Source: Carcharhinus amblyrhynchos
Taxonomy: Eukaryota
Length of the DNA: 64,000 bases
Direction: 5' to 3'
Assembly: GCA_965287045.1 (NCBI GenBank)
Contig: OZ336878.1
Location: forward strand, 21,080,001 to 21,144,000
Position 1 is the first letter of the stretch, and each line of letters starts with the position of its first letter. The position numbers and the translations under genes were made by a program. Below the pieces are notes generated by a model. The model saw only the letters and a list, made by a program, of their open reading frames with translations, was not told the DNA's origin and made no database searches. This document shows positions 25,143 through 38,300 of this stretch, in pieces.

Positions 25143-26601
25143 TAACTTTACATCATAGATTCATCAGAAATACAAGTAAGTCACTGATTAAAAAGAGAAC
25201 AATTTTTCTACATGACAGATAATAAGAATCTATGGCTGACATCCTGAGGACAGAAAACCATGGGAAATTAAAACAACACAAATGCATATTTAGCAGCATT
25301 AATGCAAATTTTAAACTTACTCTGTGCATGCAACACCATCACTTTCAGCAACCCAAATTTAACATTACCTCTGAAGCAAATGAGAAACTGACTGTGAGGT
25401 ACTGAAACGCAGCTAACTAAATGGTTTAGGCCTCTGCTTCCAGAGATAGTATTTACCCTACAGTTATTACAAGATTGCATTTGGAAATGTTTGTATCTGG
25501 ATAAAGTGCATGCCTTGCACTACAAACGGGTCAGATTCCACAGCATCAGCAACTATAAGGTATGTTACAGAAATGACTTAAGTGATTTTTTAAGGTTAAT
25601 ACAACATCAAAACCCCTCAAAGCATGCTGCACAGATTTCAATATGAACATGCAAAGGCAGGATATTGCGATTGCAGTAAGTTGAAATTGTGAAAGAACAA
25701 ATTGTTCCAAAAGTTTCACACAAATCCATGCTGAACTTTCTGAAGTCACCAGAAAACAACTGCTGCCAAATTACTAATGCCAGAAGATTCACTGACAATA
25801 AAAACAAAACTTAGCATGTCCAGGCAGCTTTCCGATATCCTGTGCCTTTGCACTCTTTGCTTTGTGCTTTTTTATTCTTTAAATTCTGCATCCACATCAC
25901 TGGTGCTACTACCACTAGCAATTTCCCTCCAAACTTGGTGGATCTTGCAAGCTTTGAATTTCCATTGTGCCTTTTTCTGCACTTTGCATAGCAAGGGAAA
26001 TTTCTCACACCTTCTTTACTGATATTTTTATTTCTGCTAGCAGTTCATTCAGTATGGCAGTATAATCCACCCCACACATTAACCGGTCTCTCAACATCAC
26101 ATTAAGGCAAACCCATCTGCACAACATTTAGCCACTTGCCTTAACCTCACCATGAAAGTTGCTGTCACCACCCTGGGGGCTCTTGACATTGGACTAAATT
26201 CATATCACTGTATAGTTACCAAGGGCTTCAGGTGATAATGCCTTTTTACTATTTCTATGAGTTCTTTGAATGTTTTAGTGTCAGGGATGTCCGGAGAAGT
26301 CAAGATCCTGATCAACTTGTGGGTTCAGTCATGACAATCTGTTAACAGAATGACCTTGTTTCTCCTCCACTCCCATTTATTTGATTTGAAGAGATATCGC
26401 AGGCGTTCAGTGTATTGAACCCAATCTTCCAAATTATGTTCGATTGGCTCAAGCTTTGTGAAAAGAGGCATTATGATAACTCAGTGGCTCCTGAATAGAT
26501 ATGCTTCCAACAACTTGTACATAAGGTCTGCTCTGCCATTCTTTGTGGCAAAAGGAAAGCGCTTAGTTAATCCTTGAGGCCAAATGCAATTTCTTGGAAA
26601 G

Positions 26602-26829
26602 TGTGGCGAGCACCAATTGGAGTAACCAAAGAACACTTTACTCTAATTAATTAATTAATTAACTCCATACAGAGAGCGAGAAAGATGATAACAATGACTT
26701 CGACTCCAGCCTCCACACTGACTGGGAGAGCCCACACCTAGCCGCAGGATTTGCGTGCTTCAGCCCGACTGGCCGAATGCATCACATGATCCTCCAAAAC
26801 CCTGCCCCTTAAAGGGCCTCACCATTACA
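26602..26829 (-). mobile_element. Possible short solo LTR with (TAAT)n microsatellite at 26644-26662
   Basis: TGT...ACA termini, CCCTTTAAGGGG and AGTAAA on the minus strand; no matching TSD. Confidence 0.4.
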
Positions 26830-26992
26830 GTTATAAATGAAGGGCTTCCACCTTGAAAGAAGGGGAAAGGGAAGAAAATTTAATAGGTGATGCATGATAA
26901 TCTATAGGACAGAAAAGATTGATCCTGAACATTACCTAAGTGACAAGGGTAAGTGGGGTAAACATTAGCAAGAAATGGATTCATTTCTGACA

Positions 26993-27107
26993 GAAAGAAA
27001 TCTCACAAAACCAGCTTAAAGTCAACAAGTTTATTACTTGTTGGACTTTAAGCTGGTGTTGTGAGATTTCTTTCTGTTTCACCCCAGTCCAACACCAGCA
27101 TCTCCAC
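26993..27107. mobile_element. Penelope-like inverted-terminus mini-insertion (palindrome)
   Basis: 41-bp inverted arms plus CACCCCAGTCCAACACCAGCATCTCCAC extension; 13-bp TSD TTCATTTCTGACA (26980-26992, 27108-27120). Penelope assignment is from recall of shark PLE ends. Confidence 0.7.
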
Positions 27108-27464
27108 TTCATTTCTGACATCAGGAAGCATTTTGCCATACAATTAATTTCCTTTCAAATAATCCAATGGATACCTGAACTCTGGAATCATTCAATAGAC
27201 ATTTGGTGGCTTTGTTGGTGAGATGGATGAACCTCCTTTGCCTGTTTTTGTTTTCGCTCTTTAGCTATCTGTTCATGGGCAATTTAGGACCAGCATGGTT
27301 TCACAACCATGATAAATGCTGTGCAGGAAAAAGAATTGTTTGGACTATGGCTGGCTCTACAGCAAAAATATACTCATTGGTTGGAGCATCTCACAGCAAT
27401 CTACATACAAATAAGCCAACTTGACCTGACCTGAGGAAGGAGTGTGGTGTATAATTAACATCAT

Positions 27465-27950
27465 TTTGATTTTATTTGATTTGATTTATTGTCACATGCA
27501 TTAAAATACAGTGAAAAGTATCGTTCCTTGGGCGCTATATAAAGCTTCATAGAGAAGGAAACAAGAAGGTGCAGAATGTAGCGTTACAGTCATAGCTAGG
27601 GTGTAAAGAAAGATCAACTTAACATGAGGTAGGTCCATTCAAGAGTCTGATGGCAGCAGGGAAAAAGCTGTTCTTGAGTCTTGGTAAGTGACCTCAGATT
27701 TTCGTAACTTTTTCCTGATGGAAGAAGGTGGAAGGAACAATGTCCGGGGTGCGTGGGGTCCTTAATTATGCTGGCTATTTTGCCAAGGTAGTGGGAAGTA
27801 GACAGAATCAGTGGATGGGAGGCTGGTTTGCATGATGGTTTGGGCTACATTCATGGTCTTTTGTAGTTTCTTGTGGTCTTGGGCAGAGCAGGAGCCATAT
27901 CAAGCTGTGATACAATGAGAAAGAATGCTTTCTGTGTGCATCTGTAAAAA
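27465..27950 (-). mobile_element. Rex1/Babar 3' fragment
   Basis: Matches 22585-23065 and 50258-50760; (AAATC)n tail. Confidence 0.9.
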
Positions 27951-28247
27951 TCAAACAAGGCAAAAAGTAACATTGAAAGTAGCCGACAGGCAAATCTGCT
28001 CTAATAGCTCTATAGTACTCACCGCTGTTCAAATTGATTAATAAAACAATGATAATTGCTGGGAACCTTTGACCTTGCCCATGGCTGGGACTCTCTGATC
28101 TCGCTGAAGTGAATGGAGTTTTGGCAAAGCGCCAAATTCTCCTTTCCCGCTGGCAGTGGTGATAGGGTGAATGTGATTGGAGAATCCTGTCCATTGAATC
28201 ATGGTGTAAAATATGGCCAAGAATATCTCTGCACGTTCCAGGTCAAT

Positions 28248-28425
28248 GATTTGATTTTTGATTTGATTTATAATTGTCATATGTATTAACATACATAGAA
28301 AGTATTGCTTCTTCCATGCTATACAGACAAAGCATGCCATTCATAGAGACGGAAATGAGAGAGTGCAGAATGTAGTGTTACAGTCATAGCTAGGGTATGG
28401 AGAAAGATCAATTTAATGTAAGGTA
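28248..28425 (-). mobile_element. Rex1/Babar 3' UTR fragment
   Basis: GAGAGTGCAGAATGTAGTGTTACAGTCATAGCTAGGG plus tail. Confidence 0.85.
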
Positions 28426-28701
28426 AGAAATTGAATTAAAACATTGTTAGAGAATTTAAAATAGTTAGAATGAAGTTTTAGAGGCATAGAATGAGACTAA
28501 AAAATAGAATTAGAAGACATGCTGGGCACAGCTTGTAAGAAGTTGCCTCGCTCCAGTGCCATCTTGGAAACGAGGAAAGAGAGAGCCAAATTCAATAAGA
28601 AGAATACTCATGAAGACAGCTAAGACCATGAATGCAAGCCAGCTTGCTACTGTTTGTTATCTGAATCTTCTATTGTCACTCAGATTGTGGAAAAGCAAAT
28701 T

Positions 28702-29611
28702 GCGTGGAAGGCACGGAAAGTCTGCAGAGAGATCTGAATAGGCTGAGTGAGTGGGCGAGGACTTGGCAGATGGAGTATAACGTTAGCAACTGTGAGGTTA
28801 TCCACTTTGATAGAAATAATAGTAGGAGGGATTATTATTTAAAGGGCGAAAAGCTGCAACATGCTACAGTGCAGAGGGACCTGGGGGTCCTTGTGCACGA
28901 ATTGTAAAAACCCAGTCTGCAGGTGCAGCAGGTGATCAAGAAGGCAAATGGAATGTTGGCCTTTATAGCGAGGGGGATAGAATATAAAAGCAGGGAGGTC
29001 TTGCTGCAACTGTACAGGGTACTGGTGAGGCCATAACTGGAGTAGTGTGTGCAGTTTTGTTCCCCGCATTTGCGAAAGGATATATTGGCCTTGGAGGGAG
29101 TGCAGAGGAGGTTCACTAGGCTGATGCCGGAAATGAGGGGGTTAGCCTATGAAAAGAGATTGTATAGACTGGGTCTGTACTCGATAGAGTTTAGAAGGCT
29201 GAGGGTGAATCTTTTGGAGATGTATAAAATAATGACGGGGCTAGATAGGGTAGAGGTAGAGAGATTCTTCCCACTTAGAAAGGATAGCAGAACTAGTGCG
29301 CACAGCCTCAAAATAAGGGTGGGGGTGGGGCAGTTTAGATCAGAGTTGAGGAGGAACTTCTTCACTCAAAGGGTGGTGAGTCTCTGGAATTCTCTGCCCG
29401 TTGAAGTGGTGGAGGCTACCTCGCTAAATACATTTAAGTCACGGGTAGATAGGTTTCTGATAGACAAGGGAATTATGGGTTAAGGGGAGAAAGCAGGAAA
29501 GTGGAACTGATCCACTTCAGATCAGCCATGACCTTGTTGAATGGCGGGGCAGGCTCGAAGGGCTGGATGGCCTACTCCTGCTCCTATTTCTTATGTTCTT
29601 ATGCTCTTATG
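28702..29611 (+). mobile_element. CR1 3' fragment (fairly young, in-frame stops)
   Basis: ORFs 28704-28907 and 29049-29483 (LQRDLNRLSEWARTWQM...; LEGVQRRFTRL...). Confidence 0.95.
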
Positions 29612-30499
29612 TGATTGTGGGGCTTTGTTCATTAATGGATTAGAGGTGTTATAAAATGCTAAACTAAACAAATAATACATGAAATGGCAGCTTTATTAAG
29701 GGAACAGTGATATCAGATTTATCAGAAGCTTATGACTGGGATTTTCTGTCTGCCACAGCAAACAAAGATGGGGATGAGAAAAATATGATTGAATGGTGCA
29801 GCAGACTCTGTGAGCTAAATGGCCGAATTCTGCTCCTGTGTCTTATGAACTTATGGACCTGCTCTGTGAGTGGAAACAAGAAATAAATCAGGTGATTGAA
29901 GAAGGTGTGCAGAAATGTGCAGGAGATCACCAAGGTGGAGTGGGATGAGGGATTTGAAAATGAGGACAGGGTGAATTGCTGCAGGTGTTCCCCCACTCAG
30001 CCACTGTAGCTTCTGCTTTTACCTTGTTTATTCCTGGGGCTCTTCGGTGGATGGGCGGAATAATCCAATGTTCTTCCTGAAAGTCGATTTACTGGGGCCA
30101 GAGGCAGAGTGGAGCGAGAATGGTTCTGGAGCAGGTGAAGTTGACAAGCAAGGACCAGCAAGGAATGTCAGAGAAATCACACTGTGAAGGTCAAAGGAGT
30201 GGATGAAAGCATTTACACACACCAGTATGTTTGCGGCTGGAGAATTTTCATCTGTGTGTGTGTATGTACATTTTTTCTTGTCACCTATTTCAATAGAGGT
30301 ATTAAAGCTGTTTATTTGAAAGGATTGATTAAAATTGAGGAAAAGGGAGCTCGTATAGAAGAGCTCTTTGACGATCCATCACAATTTATATCCATAAAGG
30401 CCCTTTGCGAAGATAAGCAAATGTGATCACCTATTTTAGTAGAGTTCTGACAAGTCTGCTTTTAATCCTTTTGCAATAGTGTTTGAGAATGCCCAGCTC

Positions 30500-30611
30500 C
30501 TTGCCATGGCAACAGGTAGCATGTTAGTGCATACCTTTAGTATGAGATTGCAGTGTTTCTGTACATGGCACTGATGTCACAGCACTTTTTGGTAGGGGTT
30601 GCTATGGTAAC
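30500..30611. promoter_or_regulatory. Pair of RFX X-box motifs
   Basis: CTTGCCATGGCAAC (30500-30513) and GTTGCTATGGTAAC (30598-30611) in TE-free DNA. Confidence 0.55.
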
Positions 30612-31334
30612 ACCTTCTGCTTGCTGATGCAGAAAGTGAACATTTGAGTTTTCTTTTCACATATATAAAACCCCAATTTGATTGGATTGTAAAAACATAA
30701 TCAACATGATGAAGCAATGTCAGATTAAGAGGCACAAGCAAATACTGTAAGAGAATGTGTTTTTGAAAAGGAGTGGAATATGCAGACCAATCCAGCTCAG
30801 CTGTCACAAGTATATTTGTTAAAATGATGCAATTAGCAATCATATTTCTGCGGTTGGAGCTAAGATTCGAGATACTGATTACTCATGGTCCATCTCCCCA
30901 TTGTTGTGATCTCAAAACATGCCAGTTTCCATGTTCCCCTCTTTTTTCTAAATGTTCTCATTTTTAATGAAATACTAATTAATGTTATATTTGACGGAGT
31001 GACAGATCTACAGCAACAGTAATGAAATATGCAGTGATTCTCAAGATGAAGGGCCGTTCACAACCTTAGTTTATTTGCAGGTCTGCACAGTCGCACATGA
31101 TAGGTAGGAATAATCGCAGTGCCCAATTTATCCAGTAACGCCCACCAGAGAACAATTTCACAGAACATAGAATGAATAACTTCCTCCTCCACAGCTCCAG
31201 TACATTTCTCGCTTTGAGGATTCCATTAAAAATCACTTCTTTGAGATGAGGGTTATCAAATGTTTCATTTTCATCCTCTGCAAGATGGTGAGAAAAGTTC
31301 CTGGAAGCTTTTTTATAATTTTCTTATACATGCT

Positions 31335-33223
31335 TGCCATGCCATATTTAAGAAAGCACACGAACCTCTCTACTTCCTCAAGAGATTAAGCAAATTCAGC
31401 ATGTCTATTACGACTCTCACCAATTTTTATGGATGCAATACAGAAAGCATCCTTTCTGGATGCATCACAGCTTGGTCTGGCTCCTGCTCTAACCAAGACC
31501 GCAGGAAACTAGAAAGGTTTGTGAACAAAGCCCATCATGTAAATCAGCCTCCCATCCATTGACCCTGTCTACAATTCCTGCTGCCTCGGAAAAGCAGCCA
31601 GCATAATCAAGGATCCACACATCCCAGACATACTCTCCGCCACAATCTTCCATTAGGAAAAATGTACGAAAGTCACAGATCACATATCAACTGACTCAAG
31701 AACAGCTTTTTCCTTGCTGCCATCAGACTTTTGAATATACCTACCTTATATTAAGTTGATCTTTCTTTATGTCCTAGCTATGACTGTAACACAGGATATA
31801 TGCACATTGGAAAAAAAAAATGGACTAGCTAGTGACAGGCAGCATGGTTTTGTATAGGGAAGATCACGTCTCACCAACTTGATTGAGTTTTTTGAGGAGG
31901 TGATTAATGAGGGAAGGCTGTGGATATAGGTTATCTGGACTTTAGTAAGGCATTTGACAAAGTCCCACATGGTAGACTGGTACAAAAATTAAAGTCACAT
32001 GGGATTGAGGATGGGCTGACTAGATGGATACAGAACTAGCTTGGTTATAGAAGACAGAGAGTAGTGGTGGTGGAGTATTTTCTAGTATTGGCTAGTGATG
32101 TTCTGCAGGGATCAGTGCTGGGACCTCTGTGGTTTGTACTATATATAAACGATGTGGAGGAAAATGTGGGTGGTCTGATTATTAAGTTTGCGAATGACAT
32201 GAAGATTGGCAGAGTTGCTGATTTTCGGAGGATGCAACAGGATATAGATAGATTGGAGACATGGGCACAGAATTGGCAAATTCTGGACAAATGCGAGATG
32301 ATGCATTTTGGACGATTAAATTTAGGTGTGAATTATACTGTAAATGGCAGAACCCTTAGGGATATATTACATACTGAGCAATTGGGCGTGCAGGTCCACA
32401 GTTCCCTAAAAGTGGCAATGCAGTTGGCCAAGATGATTAAGAAGGCATATAAGCATGCTTGCCTTCATCGGCCAGGGCATTGAGTAAAAGAGTTGGCAAA
32501 CCATGTTGCAGCTATATAAAACCTTGGTTAGGCTGCATTTGGAGTGTTGTGCGCAGTTCTGGTTGCCAAACTCCCAGAAGGACATGGAAATTTTGGAGAG
32601 AATGCAAAGAAGGTTCACCAGGATGTTGCCTGGTCTCGAGGGTGTTGACTATAAGGAGAGATTGAATAAACTAGGATTGTATTCACTGGAAAAATAGAAG
32701 TTGAGGGAAGACCTGATAGAGATCTACAAAATTATGAGAGGCATATACAGGATGGATAGTCAGGAGCTTTATCCCAGGGTGGAAGTTTCGATTACAAGGG
32801 AGTATAGATTCAAGGTGAGAGAGGGAAATTTTAAGGGAGATGTATGGATGTGTGAGGGAGGTTTTTCACACAAAGAGTGGTGGGTGCCTGGAACGCGCTG
32901 CCAGAGGAAGTGGTGGAAGCAGGCACATTAGCAACATTTAAGAGGCATCTGGATATATACATGAATATGGAGGGAATGGAGGGATACAGACTGAGTCAGG
33001 AAAGATTTTTTTTCAGTTTAGTTAGGGCATCATGATAAGCACAGGCTTGGAGGGTTGAAGGGTCTGTTCCTGTGCTGTACTTTTCTTTGTTCTTTTCTTT
33101 GTTCTACTACATTTTGTACCCTCTCCATTCCTTCTCTATATACGGTATGCTTTGTATAGCGCACAAGAAACAATACTTTTCACTGTATACCAATACATGT
33201 GACAATAATAAATCAAATCAAAT
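31335..33223 (+). mobile_element. Rex1/Babar fragment split by CR1 (31335-31800 and 33105-33223)
   Basis: 'LYFLKRLSKFSMSITTLTNFYGCNTESILSGCITAWSGSCS'; the 3' UTR resumes after the CR1 and ends TGTGACAATAATAAATCAAATC. Confidence 0.85.
31810..33100 (+). mobile_element. CR1 RT fragment (frameshifted)
   Basis: QHGF, DFSKAFDKVPH, QGSVLGP, KFAND and LQLYKTLVRLHLE motifs. Confidence 0.9.
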
Positions 33224-33289
33224 CCGTGCCAACTCATGTGAACCTCTACCCCTACCCACCTACCTACGGCCCCTCCTGTCTACCAGGCC

Positions 33290-33990
33290 AAATATGAGAT
33301 TCTGAGTGGACTTGGCAGGATAGATACTGAGAAGATATTTCGCCTTGTGGGAGAATCTGGAATGAGGGGGCACAGTTTCGAAACAAGGGGTCATTGGATT
33401 AAGATGGAGGTGAGCAGGAATTTCCTCTCTGAGAATCATTAGACATTTGGAATTCTCTTCAACAGCCAACAGTGATGGTTATGGAGGGGTGGGGGGAGTG
33501 GAGGGGAGGGGTGGGGGGCACAGTGACACGGTGGTTAGCACTGCTGACTCACAGCGCCAGGGTATCAGGTTCAATTTGGGCATTGGGTCACTGTCTGTGT
33601 GGAGTTTGCACATTCTTCCTGTGTCTGTGTGGGTTTACTTCAGGTGCTCCGATTTCTTCCCACAGTCCAAAGATGTGCAGATTAGGTTGATTGGCCATGC
33701 TAAATTGACCCTAGATCAGGGGGATTAGCAGGGTAAATGTGTGGGGTTGGAGCCTGGGTGGTGTTATGTGGTATAGACGCAATGGCCTGAATGGTTTCCC
33801 TCCGTACTGCAAGGATTCTATGTCATTGAATATATTCAAGGCTGAGTTAGAGTTTCGATTGACGAGGGAATCAAGACTTATAGACGACAGGCAACAAAGT
33901 GGAGGAAGGGCACATCAGATCAACCATGATTTTAATGTCTAGCAGAGAAGGCCGAATGGCCTGCTCCTGTTTCCTTTGCTCCTATGTTCC
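33290..33990 (+). mobile_element. Old CR1 3' end split by a SINE
   Basis: GGGAGAATCTGGAATGAGGGGGCACAGTTT..; resumes at 33822 GTCATTGAATATATTCAAGGCTGAG. Confidence 0.7.
33515..33822 (+). mobile_element. HE1-type V-SINE, tail A
   Basis: Head, core and tail; preceded by a G-run tract at 33487-33519. Confidence 0.85.
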
Positions 33991-34460
33991 AACCGTTTAA
34001 TTAAAGACTGATGTTTGGGGCTGAACAGCTGTTTTGATATTTGAGGCCAGCTGGTCTATTGTAGAGATGGAGGTTGGACATTTGATGAAGATGGTTTTTC
34101 GAATACAGCTTGAATCTGTGAAACACTCTGTATTTTTACCGAGGTGAAGGGAGGATTATGAAATTCTGCTTTCTCAATTTCCCCACTCCATCAGGTCAAC
34201 TTCCAATAACATCTGTAAACCATTGATAATAATCAGAAAGGTTGTGACTGCTGTAAATTAAACTGATCAAACAGTATCCTTAATCTTTCTTCACAAAGAT
34301 ACCTTTTGCAGCAACTTGCCAATATCCTGTCAAAAAATAACATGTGTGTTTCTCCAGTGGAACACGGATAATTTTACAGTGGGGCTAGAATTGATCTGGG
34401 TATCTTGATCTTTAATAACCTTTGAATAAACTTTAAAACAGCAGATTTGCGCTCCTGAGG

Positions 34461-34775
34461 TAGGGCTGCCAAACCTCCAGATTGGCCTGGAGACTTTGGG
34501 AATTGAACATCAATCTCCAAGATACTGCTGTGTGCAACCCTGGAGAAATATTACTGGGATATTAAAACATTTCTCTTTACCAGCTATAGCAATGTTGAAA
34601 ATGGGAACTAAAGGCTGTTTGGTTGACAGTCAATCACCATCCAATTGGGCAATGAGTCTTTTTGCTCTCCAATTTGTGTAGGAAGGTATTATATCATAAG
34701 AATGGACGTGTTGGCCAACCACTGACCATGTGGCAAGATCTTCAGGCATACACTTAATTACAGCTGGCAACTCTA
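34461..34775. mobile_element. Old non-autonomous hAT-like element
   Basis: Termini TAGGGCTGCCA / TGGCAACTCTA resemble TAGGGTTGCCA hAT TIRs; TSD not preserved. Confidence 0.5.
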
Positions 34776-35377
34776 GTGTACAGAGTGGGGAAACTACTTG
34801 GCTAGCTGAACCTGACTCAAGAAAAACTGCCCTGAATACTAGGATCTTCACTCCAGGGAGCCAGGTGTACACTGGATTCAGATACACCCGCCTCAGAAAC
34901 AACATGGAGGTAGCCACAGGGCCTGCCATGTGCCAAGACAGACTATTGAAAAGGCCCGACTTGCTGCTCATTCAAATTTTTTTATTTCATATTAGACCCT
35001 CTAGCCCTCATCATTCGGACCACCACAGCCCTTACCCACTCCCCATCAATGCTAACTCATTCCACCTATGGTCCTACCCACACTTCATTGGCACAGTGGT
35101 ATGAGAAGCCAATCAGTGCTCCTCTTGCATGGTCCTGTATGGTCCCTTATAATTTCCATACAAATATCTGTCCCTCCACCCAGCTATATGGTTCCTTATA
35201 CCCAATATACCAAGTTAGTGTCAACTCATGACCACCCACACATCATCCTTTGCCCTTACATTGATGCCAGCTCACTTAGTATCTACCATTGCCGATTTCA
35301 GGAGCCATGCTGAGATGAAATAACATCTTGCAGTCGACCAAAGGCAGAAATATGAGCATGACAGAGAGATGGTTAAT

Positions 35378-36200
35378 TGTTAAGGACGAGATCAGAAACT
35401 CCAAGTTATTTTATGAAGTCATTTATGAAGTTTACATCTGATTTTGGACATTCGAGTGAGCATAAGGTGTTTTACTTCAGATATTATTCAAATGATCCAC
35501 TAGGAAGCTTTCATCAAAACAAATTTTATTTAAGAACACAGAATATCACAAAAATGTTAACATAACATTTACCAGTTAAAGTATCAAACATGACAAAATA
35601 CAAATCTTAACAGCTGACCATCTCTATTGTACCAATTTAGTAGTATCCCCCACAGACTTTAATTCCTTCTTTTAGAACCAGTTAGCAGAGAAGCCAAAGT
35701 TTCTTATGTGGGTATTAGATTTTCTGTCTTTTGACACTTCTGGAGAATCACCCAGACAGAGACCTGTCTCATGCAACAACTTCAAGAGAAAACTTCAACC
35801 ACAGACAGTAGAATCTCAGAGAAAAGGGCTTATTTCTTGGCAGATTCCAGATTCTACTTCAGACAGAGCAAGAGATTACAGAGAAAGCAACCTCTCTCTA
35901 AAAATCCTAAAATCAGACTGCTTTGAGTTTACTGTGAAAGCCTAGCCTTATCCAGTCATATGACCTTACCTGTCAATCAACCTAATCAAGTATAGCTCTA
36001 CAATATCCCAGGGGAAAACACACAAAAAAAAAACGCTGCACTAGTTCAGATTTAAAAAAAACATTGCAGCCATTAAGATGAATTATGTTATTGCAATAAT
36101 AATAATACAGTACTGCTTCATTCAGGCAAAAACAGCTCCAATAAAATGGAAGGGATGAGTAATCACATTCAGCACAGAAACATGACTAAAATACATTTCT
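35378..36200 (-). mobile_element. LTR-like element (solo LTR)
   Basis: Minus-strand 3' end GACTTCATAAAATAACTTGGAGTTTCTGATCTCGTCCTTAACA is homologous to 38559-38601. Confidence 0.6.
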
Positions 36201-36893
36201 TCAAGGCACTTTCAAGCGGTTATCAGATAGGCACATGGAGCACACCAGAATGACAGGGAGTGGAATAGCGTGATCTTGGGTTCAGATGTAGCTTGGCACA
36301 ACATTGAAGGCCGAAGGGCCTGTACTGTGCTGTACTGTTCTATGTTTCTGTGCAGTTTTTTCAAACAGGCTCTGGTAGTTTAATTTAGGCACTTACTTCT
36401 GTAAGCAGTGACCTCTAATTGTTACTGAGGCAATATAACAGGCACTTTATTTATTTTTAATCTGGGCCTAATGCAGTGCACTGGAATTTTATGACCCTTT
36501 TGGAATTGTTGGGTGGAGCATAACTGACAGGTCAGGTGCTGCCTTTGGGCAGTTTTTTTTCTCTCCACAGGAAAAGTCCAAGGTTTTAGTTTCATTTTTA
36601 TCAGAAGCTGTTTAGACTGCAGACTGAAAACAGTGTTTTTGTCTCTCTCTCTCTCTCTGTCTGGAGTGAAAATCCTGGTGTCTGTCGGTTGCTAATTAGA
36701 AGCCAAAGGCAAGCAGTGTTTCTCCCTCTCTCTCTCTCTCTTTCTCTCTCAAAGTGTGCTGAAGGTTCAAGGAGTAGAAAACCTCAGTGTTTTAATTCAA
36801 CGTCCAAAGGACTAATTCATAGCAGGTATTGAAAAGGTGAAAAACCCAGCATCACGTGAGTATACTTGCTTTCTATACCAAGCCTGGAACAGG

Positions 36894-38300
36894 ATAGAAC
36901 ATAGAACATAGAACATAGAACACTACAGCACAAACAGGCCCTTCGGCCCACGAGTTGCGCCGATCACATCAACACCTACCAACCTACAGACCTATCTATA
37001 ACCCTCAATCTCATTAAACCCCATATACTCATCCAGAAGTCTTTTAAAAGACCCCAGCGAGTTCGCCTCCACCACCACTGACGGCAGCCGATTCCATTCA
37101 CTCACCACCCTCTGAGTGAAAAACTTACCCCTAACATCACTTCTGAACTTCCCTCCTTGCACCTTAAATCTGTGTTCTCTCGTAGCAACCATTTCAACCC
37201 GGGGAAATAGCCTCTGAGAGTCCACCCTATCTCTTCCTCTCAACATTTTGTAAACTTCTATCAGGTCGCCTCTCAACCTACGTCTCTCCAGGGAAAAGAG
37301 TCCCAGCTCCCTCAACCTAACTTCATAAGGCATGCCTCCCAGTCCAGGCAACATCCTTGTAAATCTCCTCTGTACCCTCTCAATAGCTTCTACATCTTTC
37401 CTATAGTGAGGCGACCAGAACTGCGCACAATACTCTAAATGAGGCCTGACAAGGGTCTTATAAAGTTGCAGCATTACCTCCCGACTCCTAAACTCAATCC
37501 CTCGATTAATGAAGGCCAGTACACCATACGCCTTCTTGACCACCTCCTCCACCTGCGAGGCCGATTTAAGAGTCCTGTGGACCCGGACCCCAAGATCCTT
37601 CTGTTCTTCAACACTACTCAGACTTCTGCCCTTAATAGTGTACTCGTTCATCCCGTTGGTTCTGCCAAAATGGACGACTACACATTTATCCGCGTTGAAG
37701 TCCATCTGCCACTTCTCCGCCCAGTCCTGCATCCTATCTATGTCCTGCTGCAACTCTTGCCATCCTTCCAGACCATCCACAACACCACCGACCTTAGTGT
37801 CATCAGCGAACTTACTTACCCATCCCTCCACTTCCTCATCCAGGTCATTTATGAAAATGACAAACAACAAGGGTCCCAGAACAGATCCTTGAGGCACTCC
37901 GCTGGTGACTGACCTCCATTCAGAAAAAGCCCCATCCACAACCACTCTCTGCCTTCTGCAGGCAAGCCAATTCTGGATCCACAAGGCCAAAGGCCCTTGG
38001 ATCCCATGCCCTCTCACCTTCTCAAGAAGTCTTGCATGGGGGACCTTATCAAACGCCTTGCTGAAGTCCATGTACACTACGTCCACGGCACTTCCTTCGT
38101 CAATGTGTTCAGTCACATTATCGAAGAACTCAACTAGGCTTGTAAGGCACGACCTGCCCTTGACAAATCCATGCTGACTATTCCTGATCATGTCAAACCT
38201 CTCCAAATGTTCGTAAATCTTGTCCCTCAGAAGCCTCTCCATCAGCTTGCCAACTACTGAGGTCAGACTCACCGGTCGGTAATTTCCCAGGCTATCTCTG
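36894..38300 (-). mobile_element. Very young 5'-truncated CR1 LINE
   Basis: Uninterrupted ORF2 C-terminal half, CpG-rich, (TTCTATG)x3-4 tail. Confidence 0.95.
36992..38272 (-). pseudogene. CR1 ORF2 reverse transcriptase, 426-aa open fragment lacking the endonuclease
   Basis: NYRPVSLTS, QHGF, YMDFSKAFDKV, SGVPQGSVLGP, FADD, RPHLEYC, FFTQRVV. Confidence 0.9.

Noticed and set aside
33487-33519. G-quadruplex-capable tract (also 57607-57629)
   Set aside because: Simple G-run expansions at repeat edges with no evidence of function.
36992-38272. RT ORF as a retron, group II intron or domesticated host gene
   Set aside because: Typical CR1 ORF2, 5'-truncated, with its own 3' tail and many paralogues in the window.
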